From Blastocatellia bacterium (GTDB taxonomy: Bacteria; Acidobacteriota; Blastocatellia; RBC074), in the NCBI GenBank assembly GCA_043719385.1, contig JAYSTY010000438.1:1-60194 (forward strand): 60,194 nt of DNA, read 5' to 3'. The notes below the pieces were generated by a model. That model saw only the letters and a list, made by a program, of their open reading frames with translations, had not been told where the DNA came from and did not search any database. Both the position numbers and the translations under genes were made by a program. This document shows, one piece after another, positions 1 through 10,730 of the stretch (positions within the stretch are counted from its first letter, which is position 1; each line of letters starts with the position of its first letter).

Positions 1-31
1 ACAACCACTTTAAATCATAACAGAGGGATCA

Positions 32-280
32 ATGCTTGCAAAAGTTTATGTAAATTTGAGGAATGGTGTCCTTGATCCACAAGGCAAAGCCATTCAACAC
101 GCCACGACTACCATTGGTTACCAGGGCATTACCGAAATTCGCCAGGGTAAATATTTTGAAATCACCTTTGCGGATTCGGTTGATAAAGCGCAGGCCTACA
201 GTCAGCTTGAGAAATTAGCGCATGACGTTTTATCGAATCCGGTCATCGAAGATTATCAAATTGATCTGGTGGCCGACTAA
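32..280 (+). CDS. purS: phosphoribosylformylglycinamidine synthase subunit PurS
   Basis: 82-aa ORF. Its size and the N-terminal VYVNLRNGVLDPQGKAI motif are typical of PurS. Confidence 0.85.
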   Translation: MLAKVYVNLRNGVLDPQGKAIQHATTTIGYQGITEIRQGKYFEITFADSVDKAQAYSQLEKLAHDVLSNPVIEDYQIDLVAD

Positions 281-318
281 CGCAAAATTTTATTAACTGA
301 TTTTACCAATAAAAGCTT

Positions 319-1770
319 ATGGCACTGGATGCAAAAATAGTCGCTGAATTGCGTACCATCTGTGGAACCGATGGGGTTTTGACAGACGATGCTGATCTGC
401 TGGTTTACGAATTCGATGCCGTCACCACTCATAAAGCAAAACCTTTAGCCGTTGTCTTTCCCCAAAATACTGAACAGGTCTCCAAACTCGTCCGCTTGTT
501 GTGGCAACACGGTATTGCTTATGGGCCGCGTGGCGCGGGCACCGGTTTGAGTTCCGGCGCGATTGCGATTGGGTGTGAAAAAGACCAGGGCGCAGTCATT
601 GTTGAAATGGCGCGGATGAACAAAATCCTCGAAGTTGATTATGCGAATCAACGCGCAATCATTCAACCTGGCGTCGTGAATTTGCGGCTGTCACAGGCCA
701 TCGCTGCCCAGGGGTTTCATTACGCGCCAGACCCTTCGTCGCAGGCCTCCTGCACCATCGGCGGTAACGTAGCGGAAAATTCCGGCGGCCCGCATTGCCT
801 GAAATATGGCATGACCACAAATCATATTCTGGGCGTAGAAGTCGTGTTACCCGACGGCAAAATCGTCACCCTCGGAGCCGATGGAGCAGATTCAATGGGC
901 TTCGATTTATTGGGTATATTTATCGGCAGCGAAGGCACGCTGGGCATTGCCACAAAAGTTACGGTCAGGCTCAGCCGCAATCCGCAAACAGTTGTGACAA
1001 TGCTGGGCGATTTCATGGATGTTAACAATGCGAGCCGTGCCGTGTCCGCCATCATTGCGGCGGGGTTATTGCCTGCGGCGTTGGAGATGATTGACCAGCC
1101 AACGATTCAGGCGGTTGAATCGTCAATTTACAAAGCGGGTTATCCCACGGATGTGGCTGCCTGTCTGATTGTTGAGCTGGACGGATTGCTGGCGGGAATT
1201 GATACGCAGGTGCAAAAGGTCAAAGATATTTGTCTCGAACACGGCGCGCGGGCGGTGCGCGAAGCGCGTGATGAAATTGAGCGCAAAAAATTATGGGCTG
1301 GTCGTAAAGGCGCATTTGGGGCACTTGGTCGCATCAGCCCCGATTTATTTGTGCAGGATGCCGTCGTACCGCGAACGAAGCTCCCCTCTGTGCTGGCCGG
1401 AATTTATGAGATTGCAGCGAAGCATCATTTGCGCCTGTGCAATGTCTTTCATGCGGGTGATGGTAATTTGCATCCGAGCATAAATTTCGATGGTCGAAAT
1501 ACTGAAGAAGTCGAGCGTGTTCATGCGGCAGGGAAAGAAATTATGAAGCTCTGTGTTGATGCTGGAGGGACAATTACCGGTGAACATGGAGTCGGGATAG
1601 ATAAGATCGGCTATATGTCGATGATTTTCGATCAGGCCTCCCTTGATGCTATGCTGGTGGTCAAAGAAGTCTTCAATCCAACCGGGCTATGCAATCCGGG
1701 CAAAGCGATCCCCGCGCAAAAAATGTGCCGTGAGCATCGTAAAGTGCAAACCAATCGTTCGGTGGGATAA
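319..1770 (+). CDS. glcD: FAD-linked oxidase, glycolate oxidase subunit GlcD family
   Basis: 483 aa. Has an FAD-binding PCMH-type N-terminus (PRGAGTGLSSGA) and PDPSSQASCTIGGNVAENSGGPHCLKYG, which closely resembles GlcD/D-lactate dehydrogenase signatures. Confidence 0.8.
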   Translation: MALDAKIVAELRTICGTDGVLTDDADLLVYEFDAVTTHKAKPLAVVFPQNTEQVSKLVRLLWQHGIAYGPRGAGTGLSSGAIAIGCEKDQGAVIVEMARMNKILEVDYANQRAIIQPGVVNLRLSQAIAAQGFHYAPDPSSQASCTIGGNVAENSGGPHCLKYGMTTNHILGVEVVLPDGKIVTLGADGADSMGFDLLGIFIGSEGTLGIATKVTVRLSRNPQTVVTMLGDFMDVNNASRAVSAIIAAGLLPAALEMIDQPTIQAVESSIYKAGYPTDVAACLIVELDGLLAGIDTQVQKVKDICLEHGARAVREARDEIERKKLWAGRKGAFGALGRISPDLFVQDAVVPRTKLPSVLAGIYEIAAKHHLRLCNVFHAGDGNLHPSINFDGRNTEEVERVHAAGKEIMKLCVDAGGTITGEHGVGIDKIGYMSMIFDQASLDAMLVVKEVFNPTGLCNPGKAIPAQKMCREHRKVQTNRSVG

Positions 1771-1797
1771 CCAAATTGAGGGTAATCAGGCTTAATG

Positions 1798-1841
1798 AAA
1801 ATGGCGTCGCTTTTTTGTTTGAGCGACGCCATTTTTTATTT
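1798..1841. terminator. bidirectional intrinsic terminator between convergent glcD and HU genes
   Basis: 13-bp perfect stem aaaatggcgtcgc / gcgacgccatttt (1798-1810 and 1823-1835). An A-run lies on one side and a T-run (ttatttt) on the other. Confidence 0.7.
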
Positions 1842-1859
1842 TCGAGCCGACCGATAGTA

Positions 1860-2162
1860 CTACTTTTTGGGTGGTACAACGGCCTCTTTCGCGGCTTTGG
1901 CGACGCGGAATTTAACCACAGTCTTGGCCGGAATTTTGATTGCTGCGCCGGTCGCCGGATTACGACCAGTTCGGGCTTTGCGTGAAGCCTTCACCAGTTT
2001 ACCGATGCCAGGCACAGTGAACTGACCGACCTTCTTGGTTTGCGTGACCGCAACTAAGGCGATTTCGTCCAGGATCGCTCCCGCGACTTTCTTTGAAACA
2101 CCAAACTTTTCTGCGAAATGTGTAGCGAGTTGACCTTTAGTCATTGGTTTTGCTGCTGCCAT
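1860..2162 (-). CDS. HU family DNA-binding protein
   Basis: 100 aa. MTKGQLATHFAEK...FTVPGIGKLVKASRKARTGRNPATGAAIKIPAKTVVKFR matches the HU/IHF fold signature (RNPxTG arm). An AAGGAG SD lies upstream. Confidence 0.9.
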   Translation of the reverse strand: MAAAKPMTKGQLATHFAEKFGVSKKVAGAILDEIALVAVTQTKKVGQFTVPGIGKLVKASRKARTGRNPATGAAIKIPAKTVVKFRVAKAAKEAVVPPKK

Positions 2163-2921
2163 AATAGTCTCCTTTGTTTTGAGTGATCTTGCTGCAACCT
2201 CTTCGCACAGATTTTGCTCATTTAAGCTGAGTAAAAATTGTCAAAAAGGCCACTGTCATGGGGAAAGGAACCAGGTAGTTCCTGTTACATTCTCACAGTC
2301 ATATCGGCCTGAATTACCGGCAGGTAAAAGCCACCTGCCATAAACCGTTGCCACCTTCAGGTACTGATCCTGCTTTGGTATCTTTGCCAGAAAAATTGCG
2401 CGGCAAAAACATCAATACGGCGGGGGAACCCTGACTGTGAAATTAAAAGAGCGCGTCCTGATTTTGCTTTAATTCCAAACTGACTTTTTTTCAGCCCGAA
2501 TAAGCAATTTCGATAAAACGACTGTATGTTGTGCTAAAACGCGGCGGAGTATACAGCAGCTTGTAGTTGAGCGCAAGCCCAATATGGCCTGTTTTATTGA
2601 GCAATTTTAATCATTATCAACGTTTGACTGCGCCAGCATTGGCTTTCATGCAATAACGATTCGCGCAGGCCTTATGCCAAAGAAAATTATGAGTCAGCAA
2701 TCCCGCTCCAGAGGCAATAAAATTTACAGCAAAACTGCTTTTCAAATGCAAATACAGATTGCCAAACAGCGCGGGAATAGTTTAGATTTCCGCCGCGATG
2801 ATTTAAGCATCGCTGCATTTGAAATTATCACACGAAGAAATTCAGGCAATGATGATGGGCTGTTGCTCACCAGATATTGCCTGTTAATAAATAATTTTAT
2901 TTCCTTAGGAGGAATTTTATT

Positions 2922-3110
2922 GTGCCATTAGCTGCCTGCCCTGAATGTGACGCCGACATTCATGTTGAAGAAGATACCGATAAAGGCGATGTTGTCCGCT
3001 GTCTTGAATGTGAAATAAAACTGGAAGTGGTCGGCCTTGATCCGATTGAATTAGACCTGGCTTCAGATGATGACGATGATGATTACGACGATGACGATGA
3101 CGATTATTGA
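2922..3110 (+). CDS. LysW-type zinc-ribbon protein with polyacidic tail
   Basis: 62 aa with a GTG start 8 nt after GGAGGA. CPEC...19 aa...CLEC followed by LEVVGLDPIEL resembles the LysW/ArgW carrier protein. The C-terminus is DDDDDDYDDDDDDY. Confidence 0.6.
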   Translation: MPLAACPECDADIHVEEDTDKGDVVRCLECEIKLEVVGLDPIELDLASDDDDDDYDDDDDDY

Positions 3111-3119
3111 GCTGGCTGA

Positions 3120-4148
3120 TTATTTATCAGGAGCAATAAAAGTCGTGCGATTGGTGCGCAATTTGAAGGCTGAATTGATGGCTTCAATCTGGACATTATG
3201 CTGTTTGCCGTCGCGCATTTCAGGATAATACGCCAGGCCATAGCTGGCTCTGATCTCCTCAGCCAGGGCTTTAAAAACCGGCGAGAAATCTCTGGCGTTG
3301 GCGGCAAAATCACGCCCGCCGGTGGCAGCTACAATCCGCGCCGCATCAAGTGGTGTAATGACGCGTTCGGTATTGTGACTAGCGGTCAGCATATAGGACG
3401 GCAGGGTGATGGAATAAACGGTCACGGCGGCGGCGTTGGCGCGCCTGATTAGCTCCCGCGTGTCAATCAGGCTGGATGAGTCAAAGCCATCGGTAATGAC
3501 AATCACGACGCGGCGCAGCGGTTTATTATTTTTGGAGAGCCGCGCCCGCCGACTCAGCATGGTGACAGCTTTATCAAGGGCGTCATAAATTCGTGTGGAG
3601 CCGCCAAAGTTATCCATTTTGGTGAAAGCCCGCTCAATTTTTTTCGCATCTGCGGTGAAATCCTGAAAGACTTTGACTTCAAAGTTGAAAGCCAGGGCCG
3701 CAAAAAATGACTCACCTTTCATCAACTCAGTAAATTTAAGTGCCGCCGCTCGCAGGGTCGCAATTTCATCGGGTTTAAGACTACCGGAAAGATCAAGCGC
3801 AAAAACCAGCGAGAGCGGGCGCGAGGAGGTTGTCTCGTCCGTCACGGTGAAAAAATCTATCTTGCGTGGCTGCCCATCAATCAGCAGGCGAAAATCTTCC
3901 GGCTTCAGATTGCGAACATAATTACCTGCTTTATCCGTCGCGGTGACCTCAACTGTCACCAAATCCGTATCAATTCTGAGAACATCTTTATCGGTGGGCT
4001 GTTTTTTCTCCTGTGCTGGCAACGAAGACGAAATAATTGTCATCATGAACCAGGCAAGTAAAAAGCCCGCAACAAGAGATTTTCTGGCAAGCAATAAAGT
4101 CATCAGCAACAACCTTTGAGAGAATAAACAGATGTTCATCAATCGCAT
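3120..4148 (-). CDS. VWA domain-containing secreted protein (TIGR03436 acidobacterial VWFA-related type)
   Basis: 342 aa with a hydrophobic N-terminus. Has the MIDAS-like motif VFALDLSGS and VIVITDGFDSSS. The true start may be an internal Met (MTLLLARK...). Confidence 0.75.
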   Translation of the reverse strand: MRLMNICLFSQRLLLMTLLLARKSLVAGFLLAWFMMTIISSSLPAQEKKQPTDKDVLRIDTDLVTVEVTATDKAGNYVRNLKPEDFRLLIDGQPRKIDFFTVTDETTSSRPLSLVFALDLSGSLKPDEIATLRAAALKFTELMKGESFFAALAFNFEVKVFQDFTADAKKIERAFTKMDNFGGSTRIYDALDKAVTMLSRRARLSKNNKPLRRVVIVITDGFDSSSLIDTRELIRRANAAAVTVYSITLPSYMLTASHNTERVITPLDAARIVAATGGRDFAANARDFSPVFKALAEEIRASYGLAYYPEMRDGKQHNVQIEAINSAFKLRTNRTTFIAPDK

Positions 4149-4232
4149 TTACCCGCCGCTTGCTGTAAGAAGATTGATGCGCGATTATAGATTTTTACAG
4201 CCCCGGCTGCCAGTCCATTTTTCCAGGGAGTT

Positions 4233-4877
4233 ATGATGCGAAATATTTTACGCGGATTCATAGGTTTTAGTTGCAGCCTCGCGCTGTGCGCAGTGGCCTT
4301 TGCCGATAGCGCTAAAATCCAGGGCAGGGTCAAAGAAGAAAATGGCAAGGCGCTTAACGGCGTCACAGTTAAAGCTACCAGATCTGTTACCCGCACCCTC
4401 GACAATCCTAACAAAGACGACAAATCATACGATACAAAAACGGATGACAAAGGGGATTTTGTGCTGGAGGGATTGGCGGCTGGCAGCTATGTCATAACTT
4501 TTGAATTAACGCGCTATAAAACTTTCATCACTCGTCGCTTTGAAATTCAACCTGGGGAGTCCTTCAAAATACCGCGTGTCATTGAGATGCGACGTGAAGA
4601 GGAACCGACCAGCAAAATTCGCGGCTCCGTACTCGACAGTACCGGATATTCTTTGCCCAATGTGCGGATCACCCTTGAACGAATTGATGGGAAGAAATTT
4701 AAAAAAGTGGAAAAATATTCGGTAGACGGCGGAGAATTCGGATTCAGCGTTCCTTCTGAAAAAGGGAATTATCGCGTTACAGCTTCGGCTGATGGCTTTG
4801 TGACCGCCTCTAAAGAAGTTGAAATCGGTAATGAAGAAATAAGAAATGTGGTGTTACAGCTTGAGAAGAAGCCTTAA
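4233..4877 (+). CDS. carboxypeptidase-regulatory-like domain protein, secreted
   Basis: 214 aa with signal peptide ...CAVAFADS. Contains two IxGxVxDxxGxxLxxVxV-type beta-sandwich repeats (KIQGRVKEENGKALNGVTV, KIRGSVLDSTGYSLPNVRI). Confidence 0.7.
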   Translation: MMRNILRGFIGFSCSLALCAVAFADSAKIQGRVKEENGKALNGVTVKATRSVTRTLDNPNKDDKSYDTKTDDKGDFVLEGLAAGSYVITFELTRYKTFITRRFEIQPGESFKIPRVIEMRREEEPTSKIRGSVLDSTGYSLPNVRITLERIDGKKFKKVEKYSVDGGEFGFSVPSEKGNYRVTASADGFVTASKEVEIGNEEIRNVVLQLEKKP

Positions 4878-4890
4878 AAATTTGAGCGAC

Positions 4891-4941
4891 AGAATGCAAA
4901 AGGTCGGAACGTGAAATTACAGTTCCGACCTTTTGCATTCT
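4891..4941. terminator. bidirectional terminator hairpin between convergent genes
   Basis: Perfect 20-bp stem agaatgcaaaaggtcggaac / gttccgaccttttgcattct with an 11-nt loop. Confidence 0.75.
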
Positions 4942-4954
4942 GGCTTTGAGTTTT

Positions 4955-6286
4955 TTACTGATTCATTGAGTTAAGGAAATCACCATTCGATTTGGATTTT
5001 TCGAGGCGATCAAGAACCAGTTCCATCTGCTCTACACTTGAGAGCGGATTCAGAACGCGCCGCAACACCCAAATGCGGTCGAGGTCTTTTTTCGGAATCA
5101 GCAATTCTTCTTTGCGAGTGCCTGATTTCTGCAAATCAATTGCCGGGAAAACACGCTTGTCAGAAAGCTTGCGGTCAAGATGGATTTCCATGTTGCCCGT
5201 ACCCTTGAATTCTTCAAAGATCACGTCATCCATGCGGCTGCCGGTTTCAACGAGAGCAGTGGCGATAATAGTGAGTGAGCCGCCCTCTTCGATATTGCGC
5301 GCCGCGCCAAAGAAGCGCTTGGGACGCTGTAAAGCGTTGGAATCCACACCACCGGATAGAATCTTGCCCGAAGGTGGAACGACGGCGTTGTGAGCGCGTG
5401 CCAGACGCGTAATAGAATCCAGCAGAATCACTACATCGCGGCCATGCTCAACCAGGCGTTTGGCTTTTTCAATCACCATATCAGCAACCTGGACGTGCCG
5501 CGAAGCTGGTTCATCAAAGGTCGAAGAAATCACTTCACCATTGACCGAACGCTGCATATCGGTGACTTCTTCCGGGCGCTCATCAATCAACAACACAATC
5601 AAAGTCACTTCGGGGTGATTTTCAGTGATGGAATTGGCAATCGTCTGAAGCAAAACTGTTTTACCTGTCCGTGGTGGCGCGACGATTAATCCGCGCTGCC
5701 CCTTACCAATCGGCGTGACGAGGTCAATCACGCGTCCCGATAAATTGTCGGGATTGGTGGTTTCCATCTTCAACTGCTCGTTCGGATAAAGCGGCGTCAG
5801 GTTATCAAAGAAAACTTTATCCCGCGCCAAATCAGGCGTTTCAAAGTTAATCGCCTCAACCTTGATCAGCGCAAAATAACGCTCGCCTTCTTTCGGCGGA
5901 CGGATTTGCCCGGAGATTGTGTCACCGGTGCGCAAATCGAATTTACGAATTTGTGAAGGGCTAACGTAAATATCGTCAGGGCCGGGCAAATAGTTATATT
6001 CCGGGGCGCGCAAAAATCCGAAGCCATCGGGCAGGGTTTCCAGTACGCCTTCGGAAAAAATCAAGCCTGACTTTTCGGTTTGCGCCTGTAGGATTTTGAA
6101 GATCAATTCCTGCTTACGCATTCCGGTTGCGCCGGGAACTTCGAGTTCCTTGGCAATCCCGGTCAGTTTTGAAATGCTCATCTCTTTGAGTTCCGAAATG
6201 TCGAGGAGATTGGTATCCAAAACTTCCTCTTCTTCTTCGTAGTACTCGACTTCACGTTCACGTGATTTTGCTGATTTTTCTGCCAT
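4955..6286 (-). CDS. rho: transcription termination factor Rho
   Basis: 443 aa. Has the Rho N-terminal domain ([21 protein letters not shown]), the RNA-binding OB region, Walker A (PPRTGKT) and the conserved C-terminus. Confidence 0.95.
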   Translation of the reverse strand: MAEKSAKSREREVEYYEEEEEVLDTNLLDISELKEMSISKLTGIAKELEVPGATGMRKQELIFKILQAQTEKSGLIFSEGVLETLPDGFGFLRAPEYNYLPGPDDIYVSPSQIRKFDLRTGDTISGQIRPPKEGERYFALIKVEAINFETPDLARDKVFFDNLTPLYPNEQLKMETTNPDNLSGRVIDLVTPIGKGQRGLIVAPPRTGKTVLLQTIANSITENHPEVTLIVLLIDERPEEVTDMQRSVNGEVISSTFDEPASRHVQVADMVIEKAKRLVEHGRDVVILLDSITRLARAHNAVVPPSGKILSGGVDSNALQRPKRFFGAARNIEEGGSLTIIATALVETGSRMDDVIFEEFKGTGNMEIHLDRKLSDKRVFPAIDLQKSGTRKEELLIPKKDLDRIWVLRRVLNPLSSVEQMELVLDRLEKSKSNGDFLNSMNQ

Positions 6287-6630
6287 AAGTTTAATTTTAT
6301 TGCCGCTCGGGGTACCTCAGCCTGAGGCGCGGGAGCCGCGTCATTGGTTAATATTGGGTCAAGCTAAAATGGGAATTATCAAATTTTCTCTTCGTGTGCA
6401 TCCGTTGCACAACTTCTGCGCTATTAATTAATCCGCGTGGTTCGGGAATAAGTTGACTGGCTCAGTGAGCACGAACATTCATCTTGGAGGTTGATTACCG
6501 CTTGAGAATTTATCGTTAGCCGCAGGACAATTTAAGCCGATAAACTAACGATGTGAATTGGGATTGATAGAGAGTAAAAATACCGCTCTCGCGTGAAGCA
6601 GACCATCCTGTGGGAGAAATTCAGCGCTGC

Positions 6631-7263
<633 letters not shown>

Positions 7264-7367
7264 GTTAAAAAAAGGGGAGAAACTAAGCTGGGAGAAGACT
7301 TAGGCAGGAAATATTATAAAGCTCAGCAACAAAAAAATTTGGGGACTGAGCGTTGTTCTCATAATCG

Positions 7368-7793
7368 CTAAAACTCGCTCACATTATGAAATGAGTCACG
7401 ACTGATGGATTCACAAGCATGAATGCACCGCTCGCATATCTGCGAATGACTACTCGCCATTAGATACTCGCCTTTCACTCGCTCAGCGCCACAAAAACTG
7501 CAACAAATCGTCCCGTTTGGAGCGCCACGAAACAGGCGCATATACCAGGGCGAACGGTACCAGCTCGGCGTATAGCCTATCGCCTTATAATCCGATAAAA
7601 GGTCTGAACATACCAGAATACATTCATTACAAATATATCGGCTGCGGCCTTCAAAGAGCCGCAGCACCTGACCTTCGCCTAAACCACAAAACGAGCACCG
7701 CGTTCCGTGCATTTCAAGCTGATAATTCACGGATTTAATTAGTGCGGTACTCGTCAGGTTAAGTTCTAATGTGTTACTTGCCATCATCACCAC
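7368..7793 (-). CDS. stand-alone protein with two ClpX-type C4 zinc-finger domains
   Basis: 141 aa. CSFCGLGEGQVLRLFEGRSRYICNECILVC and CSFCGAERVKGEYLMASSHSQICERCIHAC both fit the ClpX N-terminal ZBD pattern CSFCG-x18/19-IC-x-x-C. No AAA+ module is present. Confidence 0.7.
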   Translation of the reverse strand: MVMMASNTLELNLTSTALIKSVNYQLEMHGTRCSFCGLGEGQVLRLFEGRSRYICNECILVCSDLLSDYKAIGYTPSWYRSPWYMRLFRGAPNGTICCSFCGAERVKGEYLMASSHSQICERCIHACESISRDSFHNVSEF

Positions 7794-7815
7794 CTTGCTT
7801 GAATATGAGTGAGTT

Positions 7816-8415
7816 TTATTCGCGCTTCCTGATTACGGCATCAACCAGGCCGTATTCCTGGGCCTGGCTCGCGCTCATAATGTAATCGCGCTCGACATCC
7901 CTTTCGATATTTTCAATTGGTTGTCCGGCATGATGAGCCAGAATTTCGTTCAGCCTTTGCCGCATTCTGAGAATTTCTTCAGCAGCGATTTTAATGTCAG
8001 TTGCCTGACCACCAATTCCTCCGGCTGAAGGCTGGTGAATCAAAATACGTGCGTTTGGTAAAGCATAACGCTTACCTTTCGTCCCCGCCGCCAGCAATAC
8101 TGCCGCCATTGAGGCGCACTGCCCAACGCACAACGTTGAAATCGGGGCGCGGACAAATTGCATTGTATCGTAAATTGCCATGCCCGAAGTCACTGAGCCG
8201 CCCGGCGAATTGATATACATCTGAATTTCCCGATCAGGGTCTTCAGATTCAAGGAACAACAACTGCGCGACCACCAGATTGGCCAGCGTGTCGTCAATCG
8301 GAGTACCGATAAAAATAATATTTTCTTTGAGCAAACGAGAATAAATGTCGAAGGCGCGTTCACCACGTGGCGTTTGCTCAACCACCATAGGAACTAAATG
8401 AGCGGATGGATTCAT
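7816..8415 (-). CDS. clpP: ATP-dependent Clp protease proteolytic subunit ClpP
   Basis: 199 aa. [27 protein letters not shown] and GQCASMAA (active-site Ser) are canonical ClpP signatures. Confidence 0.95.
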   Translation of the reverse strand: MNPSAHLVPMVVEQTPRGERAFDIYSRLLKENIIFIGTPIDDTLANLVVAQLLFLESEDPDREIQMYINSPGGSVTSGMAIYDTMQFVRAPISTLCVGQCASMAAVLLAAGTKGKRYALPNARILIHQPSAGGIGGQATDIKIAAEEILRMRQRLNEILAHHAGQPIENIERDVERDYIMSASQAQEYGLVDAVIRKRE

Positions 8416-8442
8416 AACTTCTAAAAACCTTTACTGCTTAAT

Positions 8443-8465
8443 AAAGCAAGTTTTTCACTTGCTTT
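8443..8465 (-). terminator. hairpin in the tig-clpP spacer (possible attenuator)
   Basis: Perfect 9-bp stem aaagcaagt / acttgcttt with a 5-nt loop. On the minus strand it is followed by a U-rich AUUAAG. It lies 28 nt upstream of the clpP start. Confidence 0.3.
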
Positions 8466-8595
8466 CCCCTGTTACCAGCAACGCAAGTTTGACAACTTAC
8501 GAAATGAATAAAGTAAGGCGGCACGAGGTATTAGCTCGGAGCCGCCTTGATACCTTTTAAACGCGAGGAGCAACAACTCTATCTTTCGGGGCCAG

Positions 8596-10005
8596 CTAAG
8601 CGCTCTCACCTGCTCCATCAATCTTATCATCACCACTATTCTGAGTGCTTACCTCATCAGCAGGCTGCTCCGTCGCCGGAATATCGTCAAATTCTTCAAC
8701 CGTAACTTCTGACTTACTGATTAGTAAATCAATTACTTTCTCAGAACGTAACCGATTTTCGATACTAGACAGGCTGTCATCCTTTGTCAAGCGGGCTTCT
8801 ACCTCCTCTGGCGACTGCCCCACCGACTCGGCAATTCGTTCGATTTCCTGATCTAAATCCTCGCGCGTGACTTCAACTTTTTCGGCCTCGGAAATTGAAC
8901 CAAGAAGCAGGGCAATGCGCACATCACTTTCTGCTCGTTGCCGTTCCTCCGTCTGACGCTCGGCCCAATTAATATTTTGGGCGGCTTGGGGTGAAACGCC
9001 GCTCCGCATCAGGCGCTGCACAAATTCCTGTAAACGGGTATTGGCTTGTCGCTCAACCAACGGTTCCGGCAAAGTGAAATCGTATTCTTTCGCAATGGCT
9101 TCTAATAAATCATCGCGTAAACCGATCTCTGCATCCTGCTCCGCACGCTCCTGCAAATTTTCACGGATACGCTCTCGCATGGCGGCTAACGTTTGATATT
9201 CCTCTTTGTACTCTTCGGCGATTTCCTGAGCGAAATCATCATCAAGTTCAGGCAATTCTTTGAACTTTACTGAATTAATAGTCGCCGTAAATTCCAGCGT
9301 TTTTCCAGCCAGTCCCTGCGAGGGAAAATCTGCCGGATAGACGACCGTAAAATTCTTCACCTCGCCTTCCTTTAGGCCCGATAAATGCTCATTAAAATCA
9401 GTCTGCACTCCTTCACCACCAAGTTCAATCACCAGGTCTTCGGTCGTGAGGTCTTCTTCCTCAACGGGGGCAATAAATTTGCCGACCAGATTCACGGAAA
9501 CAAAATCGCCTGTTTGCGAAGGGCGATCTTCAACCGGGACAAGCTGTGCGGCTCTATCGCGTAAATCAGCCATGACGATCTCAACGCTTTCATCCTTAAT
9601 GCGAGCCACGCGCTTGGTTAGCTTCAAACCTGAATAATTTTTCAACTCATAATCAGGGACAACCGTTACCCGTGCAGTGAACTTAAGTGTGGCCCCTTCA
9701 ACTAACACTATTTCATCGGGATTCACTTCTGGTGAGCCGATGACTCGGAGCTTTTGCTCTTCCATCGCATGCCCAAGCGCATGAGGTACTAATTGATTAA
9801 TGACCTCGCCTTTAATGTCTTTGGCAAAGCGTTGCTTGACCACAGCTTTTGGCACTTTGCCCTGCCGAAAGCCCGGTACTTTGGCATGGCGAGCATACGT
9901 TTCATACGCTTTATCGTATTCCGTCTGAACATCATCAACGCCGATTTCAAGGGTAAGCTCTTTCAGGCAATCGGTTAAATTGGCAACCGCAACTTGTAAA
10001 TTCAA
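8596..10005 (-). CDS. tig: trigger factor
   Basis: Has GFRQGKVP and the overall TF architecture. I trimmed the listed ORF to the in-frame TTG at 10005, 6 nt after GAGGAAG, because the longer ORF runs into the tRNA gene. Confidence 0.9.
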   Translation of the reverse strand: MNLQVAVANLTDCLKELTLEIGVDDVQTEYDKAYETYARHAKVPGFRQGKVPKAVVKQRFAKDIKGEVINQLVPHALGHAMEEQKLRVIGSPEVNPDEIVLVEGATLKFTARVTVVPDYELKNYSGLKLTKRVARIKDESVEIVMADLRDRAAQLVPVEDRPSQTGDFVSVNLVGKFIAPVEEEDLTTEDLVIELGGEGVQTDFNEHLSGLKEGEVKNFTVVYPADFPSQGLAGKTLEFTATINSVKFKELPELDDDFAQEIAEEYKEEYQTLAAMRERIRENLQERAEQDAEIGLRDDLLEAIAKEYDFTLPEPLVERQANTRLQEFVQRLMRSGVSPQAAQNINWAERQTEERQRAESDVRIALLLGSISEAEKVEVTREDLDQEIERIAESVGQSPEEVEARLTKDDSLSSIENRLRSEKVIDLLISKSEVTVEEFDDIPATEQPADEVSTQNSGDDKIDGAGESA

Positions 10006-10056
10006 AACAATCTTCCTCGCTATAAATGTGATTTGAGACCAGGCGATATGAACTAA

Positions 10057-10141
<85 letters not shown>

Positions 10142-10264
10142 AAGCTCAAACGCGAAGGCTAACAAATTTCTGAAATAGTCGCAACTGTAGCCAAAGCACC
10201 AGGGCAATGCTAGAATGCAATTTATCTGTCGTAACAATAAATTTTCCGTCGAGCCAGAGATTGA

Positions 10265-10717
10265 GTGATGGAGCAAGAAAAGGAAATTTTTTTCGAGCAT
10301 CTTAAAAAGGAAGGTTTTAAAAAAACCTCCCAGCGCGAAAAAATATTAGAGGTTTTCCTCAAAACCGAGGGACATTCCAGTGCTGAAGATTTATATGCGC
10401 TGATTAAAGCTGAAGACCCTTCAGTTGGATTCACCACCGTTTATCGCACCCTTAAGCTTCTAACGGAATGTGGACTGGCTCGTCAGGAACGCTTTGCCGA
10501 CGGTTATACGCGCTACGAACATAGCTATAATCACCAGCACCACGATCATCTGATTTGCACCCAGTGCGGCGAACTGATTGAATTTTATAGTGAGATTATT
10601 GAAAACAAGCAGGACGAGATTGCGCGCAAATTCAAATTTCAACCCACGCATCACAGCCTCCGAATTTTCGGCATCTGCAATCAGTGTCAAACCAGTCATC
10701 AAGCGGTCGCCAGCTAA
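10265..10717 (+). CDS. fur: Fur family transcriptional regulator
   Basis: 150 aa. Winged-helix N-terminus, the [11 protein letters not shown]-x-IEF metal-site motif and a C-terminal CxxC. Confidence 0.85.
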   Translation: MMEQEKEIFFEHLKKEGFKKTSQREKILEVFLKTEGHSSAEDLYALIKAEDPSVGFTTVYRTLKLLTECGLARQERFADGYTRYEHSYNHQHHDHLICTQCGELIEFYSEIIENKQDEIARKFKFQPTHHSLRIFGICNQCQTSHQAVAS

Positions 10718-10730
10718 TCCCAAATATTGC

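Noticed and set aside
2674-2931. 85-aa ORF upstream of, and overlapping, the LysW-like gene.
   Set aside because: It has no SD and an odd composition, and it overlaps the better-supported GTG-start gene. I also scanned the 760-bp HU-LysW spacer by eye for tmRNA, RNase P, SRP and 6S hallmarks and recognised none.
6287-6630. Long (~340-nt) leader upstream of rho.
   Set aside because: Long, structured, autoregulated leaders are normal for rho. I saw nothing beyond short stems.
10578-10730. Upstream extension of the cytochrome c ORF overlapping the fur 3' end.
   Set aside because: The extension lies in an alternate frame of fur. The signal peptide and lipobox begin at the Met at 10731.
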